Positions 1 to 17,083 of a stretch of DNA of 64,000 nucleotides are shown one piece after another. This DNA comes from Octopus vulgaris. Lineage: Eukaryota. The translations under genes and the position numbers were made by a program. Positions within the stretch are counted from its first letter, which is position 1; each line of letters starts with the position of its first letter. The notes under the pieces are model-generated. The model did not search any database. It was not told the origin of the DNA and saw nothing but the letters and a program-made list of their open reading frames with translations. The DNA is taken from contig OX597835.1 in the NCBI GenBank assembly GCA_951406725.2, positions 30,876,001 through 30,940,000 on the forward strand, in the 5' to 3' direction.

Positions 1-200
1 AGTTGTTCTTGAAATTGCTGAGGTAATTTTACGTGTTTTGGTGGTGCATCAGTTAATAGATGCTATAGAGAATTGTCAGTTCTAATCAACATAAACAGGC
101 CATTGGAGAGAGAGGTGTGCTCAACTGTACGAAGCTCTAGTATATAATACATTTCTCTCATTATGTGAATGGCTGTCTGTGCTGTGTTTGTACGTATGTT

Positions 201-295
201 GTTTGACTGGTTTGTTGGTTTGGTAGGCTGGCTGGTTGGTTGGTTGGTTGGTTGGTTGGTTGGTTGGTTGGTTGGTTGGTTGGTTGGTTGGTGGT
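201..295. repeat. (TTGG)n microsatellite
   Basis: Tandem TTGG visible directly. Confidence 0.95.
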
Positions 296-514
296 AACTA
301 TTTGTATATTCGGCTTGATCTGTACGAGTTGCTATAAGTGTATGTGTTTTGTTTTGTTTTTTGTTTTTGTTTTTTTTGGGTTTGTGTTTTTGTGTGTGCT
401 TCGGCTGTGATGGCGGTTTGATGTTGGCTTGATGGTGGAGGTTTTGCGGCGGCGGCGGGAGAGGCGGCCGAGGTGGTGGTAAATAGCTGTATTTTGAGAT
501 TGATTTGTACGAGT

Positions 515-527
515 TAATAATAATAAT

Positions 528-597
<70 letters not shown>

Positions 598-610
598 TAA
601 ATATATATAT

Positions 611-669
<59 letters not shown>

Positions 670-811
670 CATATATACACATATATATATATATATGTAT
701 ATGTATGTGTGCGTATGAGTGTGTATTTAAAGATGAGTGTATGTGTACAAAATAAGACTCTTTTACGTAAAAGATATTTAGTTTTGTATTTCCCGTTGCT
801 TCCCAATTTAC

Positions 812-878
<67 letters not shown>

Positions 879-950
879 TACATATATATATATATATTTA
901 TACATATAAATATACATATATACATATATATATATTTATATATTATTTTA
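515..950. repeat. (AAT)n followed by (TA)n microsatellites
   Basis: Direct reading; source of the poly-I and YI ORFs. Confidence 0.9.
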
Positions 951-1368
951 GACGTACTTACACACACACTTATAGGTATATGCACATGTACATACCTATA
1001 TCTATCTTTTTCACTTTCTCTCCCTCAGTGTCTCTGCCTCTTCGTCTGTCTCTCTCTCCTTCTGTCTCTGTCCCTATATAGATATATAAATTGAGAGAGA
1101 GGAGGAGACAGGCTGGGAAAGAAAGATAAAGAGAAAGAATAAGAAATGTGTTTGTGGGGGTCTGGGTGTAGGTGTCTGGGTATTTGTGCATGGACGTATA
1201 TATGTGACTATATGGGTATATATTAGTTTCTATAAATGTTGAACGTTTAGACATCTCAGATTATAAATACTATCGCTGAAGAAACGAGAGTACACTGCTG
1301 CTTATGAACGCACTTATTTCTGCGCAGACGCACTCATCTCCCTATGTTTCTACACACGCATATATATC

Positions 1369-1781
1369 CATATCAAGATAAACAGCGCATGACCTTGCAG
1401 GTGGGGCTCAATTAGAATTTTAATCAGGTCGAGTAGCCCATCCTGCTCAAAAGGTCACTGAATAAGGGTTGTTTTAAAATGTTGAACGAAACTCGTATGT
1501 TTCCAAATGTGAATTATTCAAATCTCAAAGAATCACTCTCAACACACGGCTATGATGCTCCCCCAATACTTCTGCTCGTGATCAGAGATGCACACATCGT
1601 CAGCCACTTAGAGACATGCTCAAATGGTTAAGATCAAACAACTGAGAAGCAAATCTGTGGTGCTGAGCAGAATATTTGCTGTAGCCCATCTTTTATACCA
1701 AGACAAAACAATGTACATAACACTTCCAATCAGTTAAGATCAGAAGCCATGGGAGCCACTTCCTGGGACTGCATCTGGGCA
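1369..1781 (-). mobile_element. Partial copy of the 555-bp (AAT)n-associated non-coding interspersed element
   Basis: Aligns to about 2882-3297 (catatcaagataaacag...gcatc(t/a)gggca); followed by (CTT)n(ATT)n. Confidence 0.85.
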
Positions 1782-1796
1782 TTTCTCTTTCTTCTT

Positions 1797-2195
<399 letters not shown>

Positions 2196-2196
2196 C

Positions 2197-2270
<74 letters not shown>

Positions 2271-2289
2271 ACTATTATTATTATTTTCA

Positions 2290-2728
2290 TATACACAAAA
2301 TAGGTTAGATTTTTAGAAAAGAAAAAATCCTAAAACCTGGCTAATACAAATAACCATCGATACTAAAAACCTTCCCGAGTATCATAGCTTTCCCTAATAA
2401 CAATTTTTTGCGGCTGTTCTAAATTGGGTTTGATTTTATGCCTCTTTCCTCTATCAACCTCTTTAGATCTTTAGGGCTACTTCTCAGTGCACCTATAACA
2501 ATTGGGATACATTTTAGCTGCACTTTCCATAGTCTCTGTATTTCAATGGAAGTTTGCAATGTTTTCTACACCTCTTATATTGATTTTTTTCATCATTTGG
2601 GACTGTAAAATCAATTATCTGACCCTTTCTATTCTCTTTAACTGCTATTAGTAAATAAGGCCTTCTAGCTTCTGTCAGTCTGAATGTTAAAATCCCACAT
2701 CTTGTATTTCTTACTTTCTAATACTTTA
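2290..2728 (-). mobile_element. Decayed RLE-domain fragment of an R4/Dong-like LINE, family A
   Basis: Frameshifted minus-strand translation MWDFNIQTDR..RRPYL..IIDFTVPND..IEIQRLWKVQLKCIPIVIGAL; flanked by (ATT)n. Confidence 0.8.
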
Positions 2729-2742
2729 CTATTATTATTATT

Positions 2743-3297
2743 GAGTGAGAGAGCAGTGCATGCCATCAAAGTGACACTGGGGTAAAATATACGAAGCCCA
2801 GTATACCCATCATGACTACCCGTCTGATAAGGGTACACCAGGCACATGCATCACAACCATATGTGCGCGACATGGTGATCTCATATCAAGATAAACAGCA
2901 CATGACCTTGCAGGTGGGGCCCAGTTAGAATTTTCTTCAGGTTGAGTAGCCCATCCCGCTCAAAAGGTCCCTGAGTAAGGGTTGTTTAAGGATGTTGAAA
3001 GAACCACCCATGTTTCCAGAGGTGAACTATTCAAACCCCAAAGAATCCCTCTCAACACATGGCTATGATGCTCCCCCACTACTTCTGCTCGTGATCAGAG
3101 ATGCACATATCGTCAGCCACTAAGGGACATGCTCAACTGGTTAAGGTCAAACAACTGACAAGCAAATCTGTGGTATTGAGCAGAATATATGCTGTAGCCC
3201 ATCTTTTAAACCAAGACAAAACAATGTACATGATAACACTTCCAATCAGTTAAGATCAGAAGCCATGAGAGCCACGACCTGGTACTGCATCAGGGCA
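2743..3297 (-). mobile_element. Full copy of the 555-bp (AAT)n-associated non-coding element
   Basis: Sharp ends in (ATT)n on both sides; two more copies within 2 kb; strand inferred from neighbouring LINE/array polarity. Confidence 0.85.
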
Positions 3298-3340
<43 letters not shown>

Positions 3341-3448
3341 GTAGTAGTAGTAGTAGTAGTAGTATTATTATTATTATTATCATTATTATTATTGCTGTTG
3401 TTGTTGTTGTTGTTGTTGTTGTTATTATTATTATTATTATTATCATCA

Positions 3449-3486
<38 letters not shown>

Positions 3487-3499
3487 ATTATTATTATCA

Positions 3500-3530
<31 letters not shown>

Positions 3531-3556
3531 CATTATTATTATCATTATTATTATTA

Positions 3557-4104
3557 AGTGAGAGAGCAACTTATGCCATAAAAGTGACACTGATGTACAA
3601 ATATATGAAGTCCAATATACCCATCATGAAAACTCGTCTTATATGAGTATACCAGGCATATGCATCACAGCTATATGTGCGCGACACGGTGACTTCATCT
3701 CATATCAAGGCAAAGCACGCATGATCAAGCAGATGGGGCCCAGCTTGAATTTTCTTCTGGTTAGGTAGCCAATCCAGCCAAAAAGGCCCCTGAATAAGGT
3801 TTAAGGATGATGAATGAAACACCCATGTTTACTGAGGTGATTTATTCAAGCCCCAAAGAATTCCTCTGAACACATGGCTATGATACTCCTCCACTACTTC
3901 TGCTCGTGATCAGACATGCACGTATTCTCAGTCTCCACGCTCAACTGGTTAATTTCAAGCAACTGCTAAGCAAATCTGTGGTATCGAGGAGAATATTTGC
4001 TGTAGCTGATCTTTTATACCAAGACAAAACATGTCCATGATAATAATTCTAATCAGTTAAAATCAGAAGCCACGAGAGCAAATGTTTGGCACTGCATTAA
4101 GGCA
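3557..4104 (-). mobile_element. Diverged full copy of the 555-bp element
   Basis: Colinear with 2743-3297 over its length; begins right after (ATT)n. Confidence 0.85.
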
Positions 4105-4145
4105 TGTGACTATTATGATAATATTTATCATTAAATATTGTATCA

Positions 4146-4350
4146 AGGCGGCGAGCTGGCAGAATCGTTAGCACGCTGTGCGAAATACTAAGCGATATTT
4201 CGTACGTCTTTACGTTCTGAGTTCAAAGTCTTCCGAGGTCATCCTTACTTTTTATCTTCTCGGGTTCGATAAATTAAGTTACGGGGACATAAGCACAACA
4301 AAACAGGGTGTCAAGCGATTATGGGGTGACAAACACAAACACACACAAAT
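4146..4350 (+). mobile_element. SINE family 2 5' part fused to an inverted SINE family 1 fragment
   Basis: ggcggcgagctggcagaatcgttagc...gagttcaaa head; switches at about 4275 (taagttacggggac) into minus-strand SINE1 sequence. Confidence 0.75.
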
Positions 4351-4371
4351 ATATAAAACAACAGATAGATA

Positions 4372-4466
4372 ATGTTCATACACTACACCTGTTTCCAAAG
4401 AACTTTGAACATGATGTATAGAGATATCACATCCTGCGGACAAAAACATTTTCATCAGGTGAACAT
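4372..4466 (-). ncRNA. Putative type I hammerhead ribozyme with long stem II (possibly decayed)
   Basis: Minus strand AUGUUCAC-CUGAUGA-56 nt-GAAAC AGGU GUA-GUG UAUG AACAU; stem I pairs with a 4-nt bulge; stem II closing pair is A.G. Confidence 0.5.
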
Positions 4467-4477
4467 ATATATGGTTT

Positions 4478-4698
4478 CCTCACACGATACAGCTATGGGT
4501 CAGACCCGATTCTGATTCGTCAAAACATTGATGACGTCTTTCTTCCGTGGTCAAACTACTCGTTCTGCTGGACTAGCCACCTAACAGGATACAGTCATGG
4601 GTCAGATCTAATTTCGATTCGTCAAAAAAATGATGACGTATTTCTTCCGTGGCCAAACTGTCGTTCCGCTTTGTTGGTTTCCTAACAGGATACAGTTA
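4478..4698. repeat. About 102-bp diverged tandem repeat, about 2.2 copies
   Basis: cct(c/a)aca(c/g)gatacag recurs at 4478, 4580 and 4681; gattcgtcaaaa..gatgacgt..ttcttccgtgg occurs twice. Confidence 0.85.
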
Positions 4699-5113
4699 GG
4701 AGTCTTTTCACTATATTCGTTGACACTGGGTTTTGATTTGTTTGGAACCATATGACGTCAGTGAAAAGTGCAAGTGACCACAGCTTAGCTGAGCTGATAT
4801 AAATCCAACAATCACAAATTCACCAAAATTATGCGGGCAGACACCGACCAAAAATCATTACTGTTGCTCCCATTGGAACACAAGGTAAAATCTAAAATGA
4901 ACTCCTCGCCTTTTCAAGAACATGAATTTTTTATATTTGACTCTATTGAATATATGTCACAATTATGAACTATCACATCATACTCTTTAAACATATAGCA
5001 TGGACTCTCTTTATTATATATAATTTTTTTTGATAAGGTTCGTCATTTCAAGAACCGAAACATGTTAAATTAAAATTTGTCTAATATAGCAGCATTTTCA
5101 AACTTCCTTTTTT

Positions 5114-5193
<80 letters not shown>

Positions 5194-5398
5194 TGTGTGT
5201 GTATGTTTGTCATGTTATGTCTAAAATCAATTTGGCATTTAACTTAAGAATTAGCCAATAATTTTTGGTAGAGTGTATATTTCTGAATTATCACATCGTG
5301 GACGTTGACTCTAACGTTTAAGTTTACGGTTCAGCTCCTGCCTTCTTCTCAATGTGAATTACTTTCGTTCTTATATACGCATATGCATGTGTCTGTGT

Positions 5399-5445
<47 letters not shown>

Positions 5446-5603
5446 TTGTATGTGTGTGTGTTTGTGTTTGTGTGTGTGTGCTTACACACACACACATATA
5501 TATGTATATAAAATGAAATTCAAAGGCTTGTGTGTTTTACCTGTTCTGTAGGTACAAGCATATTTCACACTTTGATATCCAAGTCGACAATCTCTCTCTC
5601 TCA

Positions 5604-5646
<43 letters not shown>

Positions 5647-6162
5647 TATATATATGCAGATATACACAGGTACGAACGAATATCTATACATAGGCATATA
5701 TATGTATGTGACTGTCTGTGTATGAATTTATATAGATCTGTACGTATTTCTGTGTGTGTGTATGTACGTATGTAATAAGTGCTTTTTTACATGTGTCTAT
5801 GCGAATATATATACTGTTTGTATGTGCCAAGGTGACGAGGCATATTGAGAAAAAAATATGATCTTTTAATGTTGAATAAATTATTGTGTTTATGCTTGCG
5901 AACGTGTAGTTCTGTTCGCCATTAAATTATGCGAATACATATATTTAATTAAATTTGCATATACACGTTTTGCGTACACCAGAATCTCATTATGCGTACG
6001 TACGCCTGTATGAAGGCATGCAAACCTATATAAATACCTGCATACAAGCAAACGCAGACGCACATATGCGTGCCGTTATGTATATGTTTGTATATAAAAA
6101 AAACAGAATTCTGCATATAACATACACTGTGTGTGCAGTCAAATATATGTACATACACACGT

Positions 6163-6167
6163 ATATC

Positions 6168-6248
<81 letters not shown>

Positions 6249-6301
6249 GTCTGTCTGTCTATATATCTCTCTATTTATCTATCTATCTGTCTATCTATCT
6301 G

Positions 6302-6348
<47 letters not shown>

Positions 6349-6389
6349 GTCTGTCTGTCTATATATCTCTCTATTTATCTATCTATCTG

Positions 6390-6422
<33 letters not shown>

Positions 6423-6505
6423 GTATCTATCATTTCTCTCTCTGTCTCTCTCTTTCTCCCTCCCCATTGTATATACATATAAATATATGTCTGTATATAT
6501 ATTAA

Positions 6506-6577
<72 letters not shown>

Positions 6578-6780
6578 GCATACAAATTTGGACGTTTATA
6601 TGTTAAGAGACAGAAAGAGGAGGAGAGAAGGACAGAATACGAGCGATAGAAAGAGAGGGAGAGAAAGAGAGAGTGAAGGAGAGAGAGAGCGTGTGCAAAA
6701 GAGATACAGATATTATGTTACCAACGTGGATTGATACAAAGATAGACAGTCAAGTACACAAATCAATAGGGGGACACTTT

Positions 6781-6839
<59 letters not shown>

Positions 6840-6840
6840 T

Positions 6841-6877
<37 letters not shown>

Positions 6878-6878
6878 G
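6163..6878. repeat. (TATC)n array, then (TA)n, then complementary (GATA)n array
   Basis: Direct reading. Confidence 0.9.
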
Positions 6879-7366
6879 ATAAAGTCTTTTGTTACAGTGT
6901 GTTCTAAGTATGAGTTGTTACATTTTAAGTGATGGCAATGTGTTTAACTTGTAAGAGACTTTACACACTGAGAAAATAATTACAATCGAGTGAACGAAAC
7001 AAATAAAATGTAAACCCTACAACTAAACAAAGGCATACACAAATAGGTTGTGACATTCTCGCATTTAGTGGAACAGGAAAATATCTTCTCACACAACCAA
7101 TGTCGTTAAACAGGTATCCACATGTACGTTCGTATAGTCAAGCAGAAATACACACACACACGGATATATTTATATGTATGCATGCATAAACGTGTATATA
7201 AAGATGCATATATGTATATACCTGTGTATGTATTCATGAACTTATATGTATATGTCTATGTATGCACGCACATAAGAATATTACACACAGATATGTGTTC
7301 TTACTCTTTTGTGTATACATGTTTGTATATATCTATATATGTATGCATGTATATACATGCATGTAA

Positions 7367-7410
<44 letters not shown>

Positions 7411-7836
7411 TGTATAGATAAGTATGTCATCTTACATGGTTGTATATATATAAATATATATACATGCATATATATATAGATATACACATATATATACATA
7501 TATATATGTGTGTGTGTGTTTGTGTGTGTTTGTGTGTGTGTATGTATGTATATGTGTATGTATTTAAGTATTTATGTGTGTATGTATACATTAATGTTTA
7601 CAAGGATATATACACTGATAGCTGTAATGCGATACATATTTTATCGATGTATTATATACACCAGCACTTACATACACACACATGCATATACATCATATAC
7701 ATAGATACATATACATATGTACATACCTGCATACATGCATACATGCATACATGCATACATACATACATAGATACAGGCATATATATATACACACATACAT
7801 ATACATATGCATATCTATATATGCATATATATATAT

Positions 7837-7914
<78 letters not shown>

Positions 7915-8906
7915 ATGTGTGTGTATGTGTGTGTGTGTGTGTTTGTATGTATGTGTATATATATGTATGAATATCCACATAGACGATCTCACACACATAC
8001 ACATTTAAAAGACTCGGCCGCCATTACTCCTGGTAAAAACACCCCGCTACACCTCCACATGCCACTCTCCCACCCTCGTATAACTGAAGAATCCTCAGAC
8101 ATTAGCGATTCTATAAAGTAAGGTAATATTTTTGACAAATTCTGCTGATAAGTGGATCAAAGAAGAGTACGCCATCGACTCTTCGGAAACGACACACAAA
8201 CCGATGGCAAATCCTATTGTTGTTATTGCTGTTGTTGTTGTTGTTGTTGTTATTGCTGTTTGTTGTTGTTGTTGTTGATGTTGTCGATGCTCTCTTTTGT
8301 TGTTGTTTGTGCTGTTGTTGTTGTTGTTTATGGTTTATGTCGTTGTCGATGTTTCCTTGTTGATTTTTCCGGTTGTTATTTTAAGAGGGATGATGGCGGT
8401 TGGATGTTGTGGGTCGAGAAAAAAGAAAAAAAAACAGAAGAAAAAACCCGAAATAAAAAAACAAACAAAAAAAACAAAGGACGGAGGAGTAGGGGAGGCG
8501 GTGAGAGTGAAGCTGGAAAGAGAAATGGTGAGTATGTGAGTAAGTGGAGTGGTTGCCAGGTGGGTACGGAAGATGACAGCGGCAATTGTGGGTCTGATGA
8601 TGGTGGTGGTGCTGTTGGTAGTAGGGGTGGGGCTATAGTATAGAATTATTTTCCTTTTTGAATATAAGACAGTAGAAAACCGATACTACGTAACAGGACA
8701 CACACATATACACACATGCCCACAGACACATTTATATATATATAACATCATTTAAAAGAACGAACAACTAACGTAAACGTATATATATATATATATATAT
8801 ACATACATGCAGATATAATCATACACACACACACGCATACAAATATGTATATATGTGTAAATGCATATATCTTTATGGATGTGTATTTATACACACACAC
8901 ACAAAA

Positions 8907-8993
<87 letters not shown>

Positions 8994-9513
8994 GTGTGTA
9001 TTTATGCGTGTATGTATATGCGTATAGCAAGCTAATAACGTATACAGAACAAAGAAGGATAAAGCCGGAACGTAAGACAGTTTTAAAGATCTTCCAGAAA
9101 TTACACCGACATAAAGACGGCGGGAAAATCGTTTAAATGTAGACAATGACACAACGAATAAAGCTTCGTATACAGATGTCTAGTGTGTGTGTGTGTGTGT
9201 GTCTCAAAAAGCTTATGCATGCATCTATGTGTCTGTCTGTATTCATATATAATATTCACGGCCTGTGTGTGTGAGTGTGTGTGTGTGGTGAAGGGTGACG
9301 CTATTGTCATGTTGTATTTATAGGATTGATGTGTGCGTAAATATATTACTGAGACACGAGGTGTTTGGATGTGTTTACACGTGTGTATGTATTTGTGTGC
9401 GTGTGAATGCGTGTTCCTGAGTTTATGTACGTGTGTGTGTATATATATATGTATATATATATTTATATATGCAATTGTGTGTGTGTGAATATATATATAT
9501 ATACACACATATA

Positions 9514-9558
<45 letters not shown>

Positions 9559-9991
9559 CATATATAATATAGACACAGATAAAATATGCGTGTATCTGTG
9601 TATATATATGTGTACGTATGTTTGTGTGATTGACACGAGGTGCGGGTATTTTCGTATGTGTCTGTATCTGAGTTAGTTTCCAGGTTTATGTGAGTGTGTG
9701 AGTGTCTGTATATCTATATGTGTGTGTGTGTTTGTGTGCGCGTGATGGATGACTGTGTTATTGTATATCGCATATGTTTATCAGTGCTAATACAAGATCA
9801 ATCAAATATCATACGAATGCCATAAGATCAATTTTGAGCCGTTCTACTTGACGTCTCGATATCTGTGCCATGGCGGTAATCGTAGAGCTCCAGACAAAAT
9901 TCCTTCTTGTCATTTAATATTCTAGACATCCGTTTAAATTCCACTGGCATCGTCGAATATTACTTTCCTTCTCCAAGCAGATCGATTTCAA

Positions 9992-10050
9992 ACCACGTGA
10001 TTTCTGGTTCAGCCCCACTCAGCGGCATCTTGGGCAAGTGCCTTCTTTTA
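9992..10050 (+). mobile_element. SINE family 1 head fragment
   Basis: ggttcagccccactcagcggcatcttgggcaagtg matches 28186-28221. Confidence 0.65.
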
Positions 10051-10094
10051 CAGACTCTGGCAGACACACACACATACTAAGGAACCGCCTATCA

Positions 10095-10128
<34 letters not shown>

Positions 10129-10152
10129 TACATACATACATACATACATACA

Positions 10153-10188
<36 letters not shown>

Positions 10189-10211
10189 TGCATGCATACA
10201 CAAACACACTC

Positions 10212-10258
<47 letters not shown>

Positions 10259-10357
10259 TGTAGTAAATCTAAAAAAGAACAAACAAAAAACAACAACTAC
10301 GTGAGGACGAGGTACTTGTAAGATATTAGCAGACACTCAGGGAAGGAAAGTAAGATG

Positions 10358-10393
10358 GTTTAATGTTTCGAGTAAATACTCTTCTTCGGAAAC
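10358..10393 (-). ncRNA. Minimal hammerhead-like motif in a short Penelope-like remnant (about 10260-10450)
   Basis: GUUU-CCGAAGAA-GAGUA UU UACUC-GAAA CA UU-AAAC. Confidence 0.5.
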
Positions 10394-10873
10394 AGAGGAA
10401 AGTCCAATAGACAGAGGAAGAAAATCGCCAATGATTCACATGTGGTTACATTATGAAATGACCGGAAGGGAATGGGTGAAGAAAAAATCCTTTCTAAGGC
10501 AGGAGAGTGTGCGAGAAGGAGCTATGTGTGTGTATGTGTGGGTATGTGAGTTCTTGCCAGTCTGTGTGTGGATGTGTAATAGCACGTGTGTGTGTATGTA
10601 TGTGTATGTGTTGTGCGTGTGGTATGTGTGTGTGTTTTGTTTGTAGTGTGTGCATGCCTCTGTGTGTGTGTCTGTATCTTACAATACACATTCGACGTGG
10701 TTATTATATATATATTTGAAGATTTTTCGGCAATTTTTCGCTGGCTAAGACCAGCCTAAAAACTATCGAACGACCTCTTTGAAAATCTGACTGTTCTGCT
10801 GAATTTTTGTGCGTGGCATGGTTACTCTTCCCAAATGTTTAATATAATGGCACCTGGAATGGAAAAGAAGAAT

Positions 10874-13420
<2,547 letters not shown>

Positions 13421-13429
13421 GGGTGAAGA

Positions 13430-13964
13430 CCTTACGTGTCCTTCGGCACGGACAACAGAGATCGGGCCGCGAGCTCCTCGTCTCAATTTATTGTGCAGCC
13501 CTGACCTTTTCTTTCATCAAACTACAACTCACGTTGTTGGTGTTGCTGTTTGCTTGTTTGTTTGCTTGTTGAGCGAAGTGGTCTTCGTCCCAGAGCTCGC
13601 AAGATCGCGCCTCGGGATTGTCTGTAGTGGGAGAAGTCCGAAACGTGGTCCTTTGCTATTCGTAAGACCCGCAGAAGAAGAGAAAGCAGGTCAACCCTTG
13701 ACACCGAGAGCATCGACGGATGGATGAATGCGCGTCCAAGCTCAGCGGTTCCATAGGAAGTCGGAGACAAGAAACAGGAAGAAAGAGTGAGAGAAAGTTA
13801 TGGCGAAAGAGTACAACAGGGGTCGCCAACACTCCCTGCCGGCGACTCGTGGAGCTTTAGGTGTTTTCACTCAATAAACACACAAAACGCCCGGTCTGGG
13901 AATCGAAACCGTGATCCTCCGACCGCGAGTCCGCTGCCCTAACCATTGGGCCATTGCGCCTCCA
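13430..13964 (-). mobile_element. tRNA-derived SINE family 3, tail type A
   Basis: Minus-strand head tggaggcgcaatggcccaatggttagggcagcggactc...ggtttcgattccc (A/B boxes); about 195 bp shared with 19317-19513. Confidence 0.85.
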
Positions 13965-14047
13965 CTGCTGTTGTTGTTGTTGTTGTTGTTGCTCTTCTTC
14001 TTCTTCTTCTTCTTCTTCTTCTTCTTCTTCTTCTTCTTCTTCTTCTT

Positions 14048-14080
<33 letters not shown>

Positions 14081-14544
14081 GTTCTTCTTTCTAGTTCTAG
14101 AAATTGAATTTCGTAAACGACAGACTACGCTGACGATCCTGCAGAAGTTTACATTTAAGTAAATATTAACAAGTGAAACTAATTAGTACGTAGGTAATCT
14201 TTCGTATATTTTCATTTGTCTTATTTTAAACTTTGGTTTTTGCTGAATTTTTTCTTGAGAACACATTCTTCGTGGTAAATGGCGAGTTTCACGTCTATAT
14301 CTAGCATACAGACTGTCCACTATTAGTGGTCATTCCTCAAAATTTTCTATGTATACAATTTTTAATCTTGGGATTTTTTAAAAATATGATGGGCCACTGG
14401 TTTTAATTGATTAATATCAATTTCTACCCTTATTTAATTTTAATATATACATTTCCTTCCGGTCTTTCAAAATGTGACCGCGTGTGTACCGTTGGCAATT
14501 TTTTTCCCTCTGTCTTCCCTTCTCTGGATCTTTCCTTCTCCTAT

Positions 14545-14579
14545 GTTTCCGACGAAGAGCTCCGCTCGAAACGTTAAAC
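14545..14579 (+). ncRNA. Minimal hammerhead-like motif in a Penelope-like short element (about 14460-14680) abutting (TA)n
   Basis: GUUU-CCGACGAA-GAGC UCC GCUC-GAAA CG UU-AAAC; downstream cctgagcg motif shared with the 26.1 and 56.8 kb elements. Confidence 0.6.
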
Positions 14580-14677
14580 CCTCCTTCTTTCCTTCTTTCC
14601 TGAGCGTCCAATAATATTATATTTGTTCCACGTCCTCGCGGTGTTGTGTTTTTGTGTGCTTTTTTGTTTGGATTAAC

Positions 14678-14715
<38 letters not shown>

Positions 14716-15716
14716 CGAGGGTGAGTCAAGAAATAATGCCATTTTGTTTAGGACAGGTATAATTAAACTAATTTTGTATCTCTATAAATTCATACTTAGC
14801 TTATATGAAACTGTACAGGTATATTCACTACTTATAAAAAAATACTGCTCACATTAAAATTTTATTAATATATAATTAGCATGTTCCTTTACCCCCAATA
14901 TTCCTTTATTAATACCAGGATATGCCAATAAATCAATATTCACAGAGACCATCTGATGAGTTAGTATTTAAGTATACAATAAGTATGACTATTAAACCAT
15001 TTCTGGATAATTTATTTTCCTCCCTCTATAGTGGTAAGAAGTTTGGTATATACTCAAATGTATTCATAAATTTCTATCCTTTTGTTATAATATTCTTCTT
15101 AATAATCTTTTGAATGACCCTAAATTTTAGCTGTTTACATAGCATCATTGTTTAAATATTTAACTATCGTATCATATGATAAGACTTCCCCTTTTTCATT
15201 ATCAACATTATCGACCCCTTAATTATCAGCAAACATCGTGTTTTAAGTTTTCTCTTACTAAACATCATGATATTGCTTATAATAAATCTTGATTTTTAGG
15301 GCTATACCAGCTAGAATGTCTGACTACTACCTCAGCCCTACCCCTAACAGTAACTGCCGTCTGTTTTCCCAGCGTTAGATATACAAGGGATTTGATAAAC
15401 TAGTCTATAAATTGAAATTGACCCCATAAAGACAAAAAATCAGTGGCAGGCAGAGTCTTCTTGATAATTTTAGTAATTTCTGTGCTGAAGTAGAAACATG
15501 TTCTTTGTCTATGTCCTTAACTTTTTTGAGATTTTAGGTATAACTATACTAATGTGTCAACCTGTTCTAATCTAATTAAATTCTATGTCTTTGTGCAGTT
15601 GAAGATTTCCCTTCCTTTTTAAATTGATGTAAAGATTGCATTATTCAATTAAATGGAGTTGCATGAAACGATCGTACTGTGTTACCTCTGGATATCCTTG
15701 TTGCTTATTTTGATAT

Positions 15717-15808
<92 letters not shown>

Positions 15809-15882
15809 AATCCAAACGGGAAACAAAAAAACAACAACAATGGAACAATTACAGTATTATTATTAATAGGCGCTCAGGAAAT

Positions 15883-15925
<43 letters not shown>

Positions 15926-15927
<2 letters not shown>

Positions 15928-16250
15928 CGCAGAAGTGGTCGTGTCGAAAGAAACTTGCTTCCCAACAACATGGTTCCGGGTTCAGTCCGACTGTGTGGCA
16001 TCTTGGGTAAGTGTCATCTACTATAGCTTCGGGCGAAAGAAGCCCGTCGTATATATATGTGTGCGTGTGTGTGTGTGTGTATGTATATATATCACTTGAC
16101 AACCGATGTTGGTGTGTTACGTCCCCGTAACTTAGCGGTTCGGCAAAAGACCCCGATAGAATAAGTACTAGGCTTACAAAGAATAAGTCCTAAGTCCATT
16201 TGTTCGACTAACGGTAGTGCTCCAATATGGCCCTAGTCAAATGACTGGAA
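15926..16250 (+). mobile_element. tRNA-derived SINE family 1, internally deleted
   Basis: Colinear with 28134-28552; B-box-like ggttcagtcc. Confidence 0.85.
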
Positions 16251-16254
16251 GAAG

Positions 16255-16354
16255 GCCATAGTAGAAGATACTAGCCCAAGGCGCCACGCAGTGGAACTGA
16301 ACACAGAATCATGCGGTTGGGAAGCAATATTCTTACCGCACAGCAATGCCTGCG
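16255..16354 (-). mobile_element. SINE family 1 head, inverted
   Basis: Reverse complement of the SINE1 5' 100 bp. Confidence 0.8.
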
Positions 16355-16829
16355 TCTATTTCACATATTGCAAACAAGGACACACATATACACGCATATG
16401 CTCACTTTCATATGGATGCAAAAAAAATTACAAATGCACAAACATATACACATACATACAAACACAGACATACACTATACACTATACACATACATACAAC
16501 TATGCACACACTGTTATACATGCGTACATAGAATTGCGCTAATACATCGGAAAGATGTGCATAAAGAACAGAAAAAACAACATCAAGCACAGCATTAAGA
16601 AAAATAACAATAGAAACACGCAAAAATGAGAAAAAAATCAAAAAGAAAACAACAACAACCAGAAGTTTAGTCTAATAAACACTTTAAACATCATCAATTG
16701 ACAACAATGTGACTCCATTTTTATCGTATTCACTGAGAAAGAAAGAAATTACATCACGGCCGCCATTTTATAAACACTTTGACATTTCATTTAGAGCACA
16801 TTGGTCACGCTCCACCTCTTCATTCGTTT

Positions 16830-17008
16830 CTGCACTCCCTCCCTCCCTCCTTCTATCCCTCAAATCATCCAACCCTTGCCTACTTTTCCTTCCTTCCTTC
16901 CTTCTTTCTCTCTTTCTCTCTTCTGTCTTTCATTTTTTTTCTTACCCCTTTCGTTTAATTTTTTAAAAACCCTTCCTTTCGATTATTTTTCCTTCATCTC
17001 TTTGGTCC

Positions 17009-17047
<39 letters not shown>

Positions 17048-17051
17048 TCCT

Positions 17052-17083
<32 letters not shown>

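Noticed and set aside
14712-15660. Mariner end (TACGAGGG) and possible coding remnant
   Set aside because: No matching second TIR or recognisable peptide motif found
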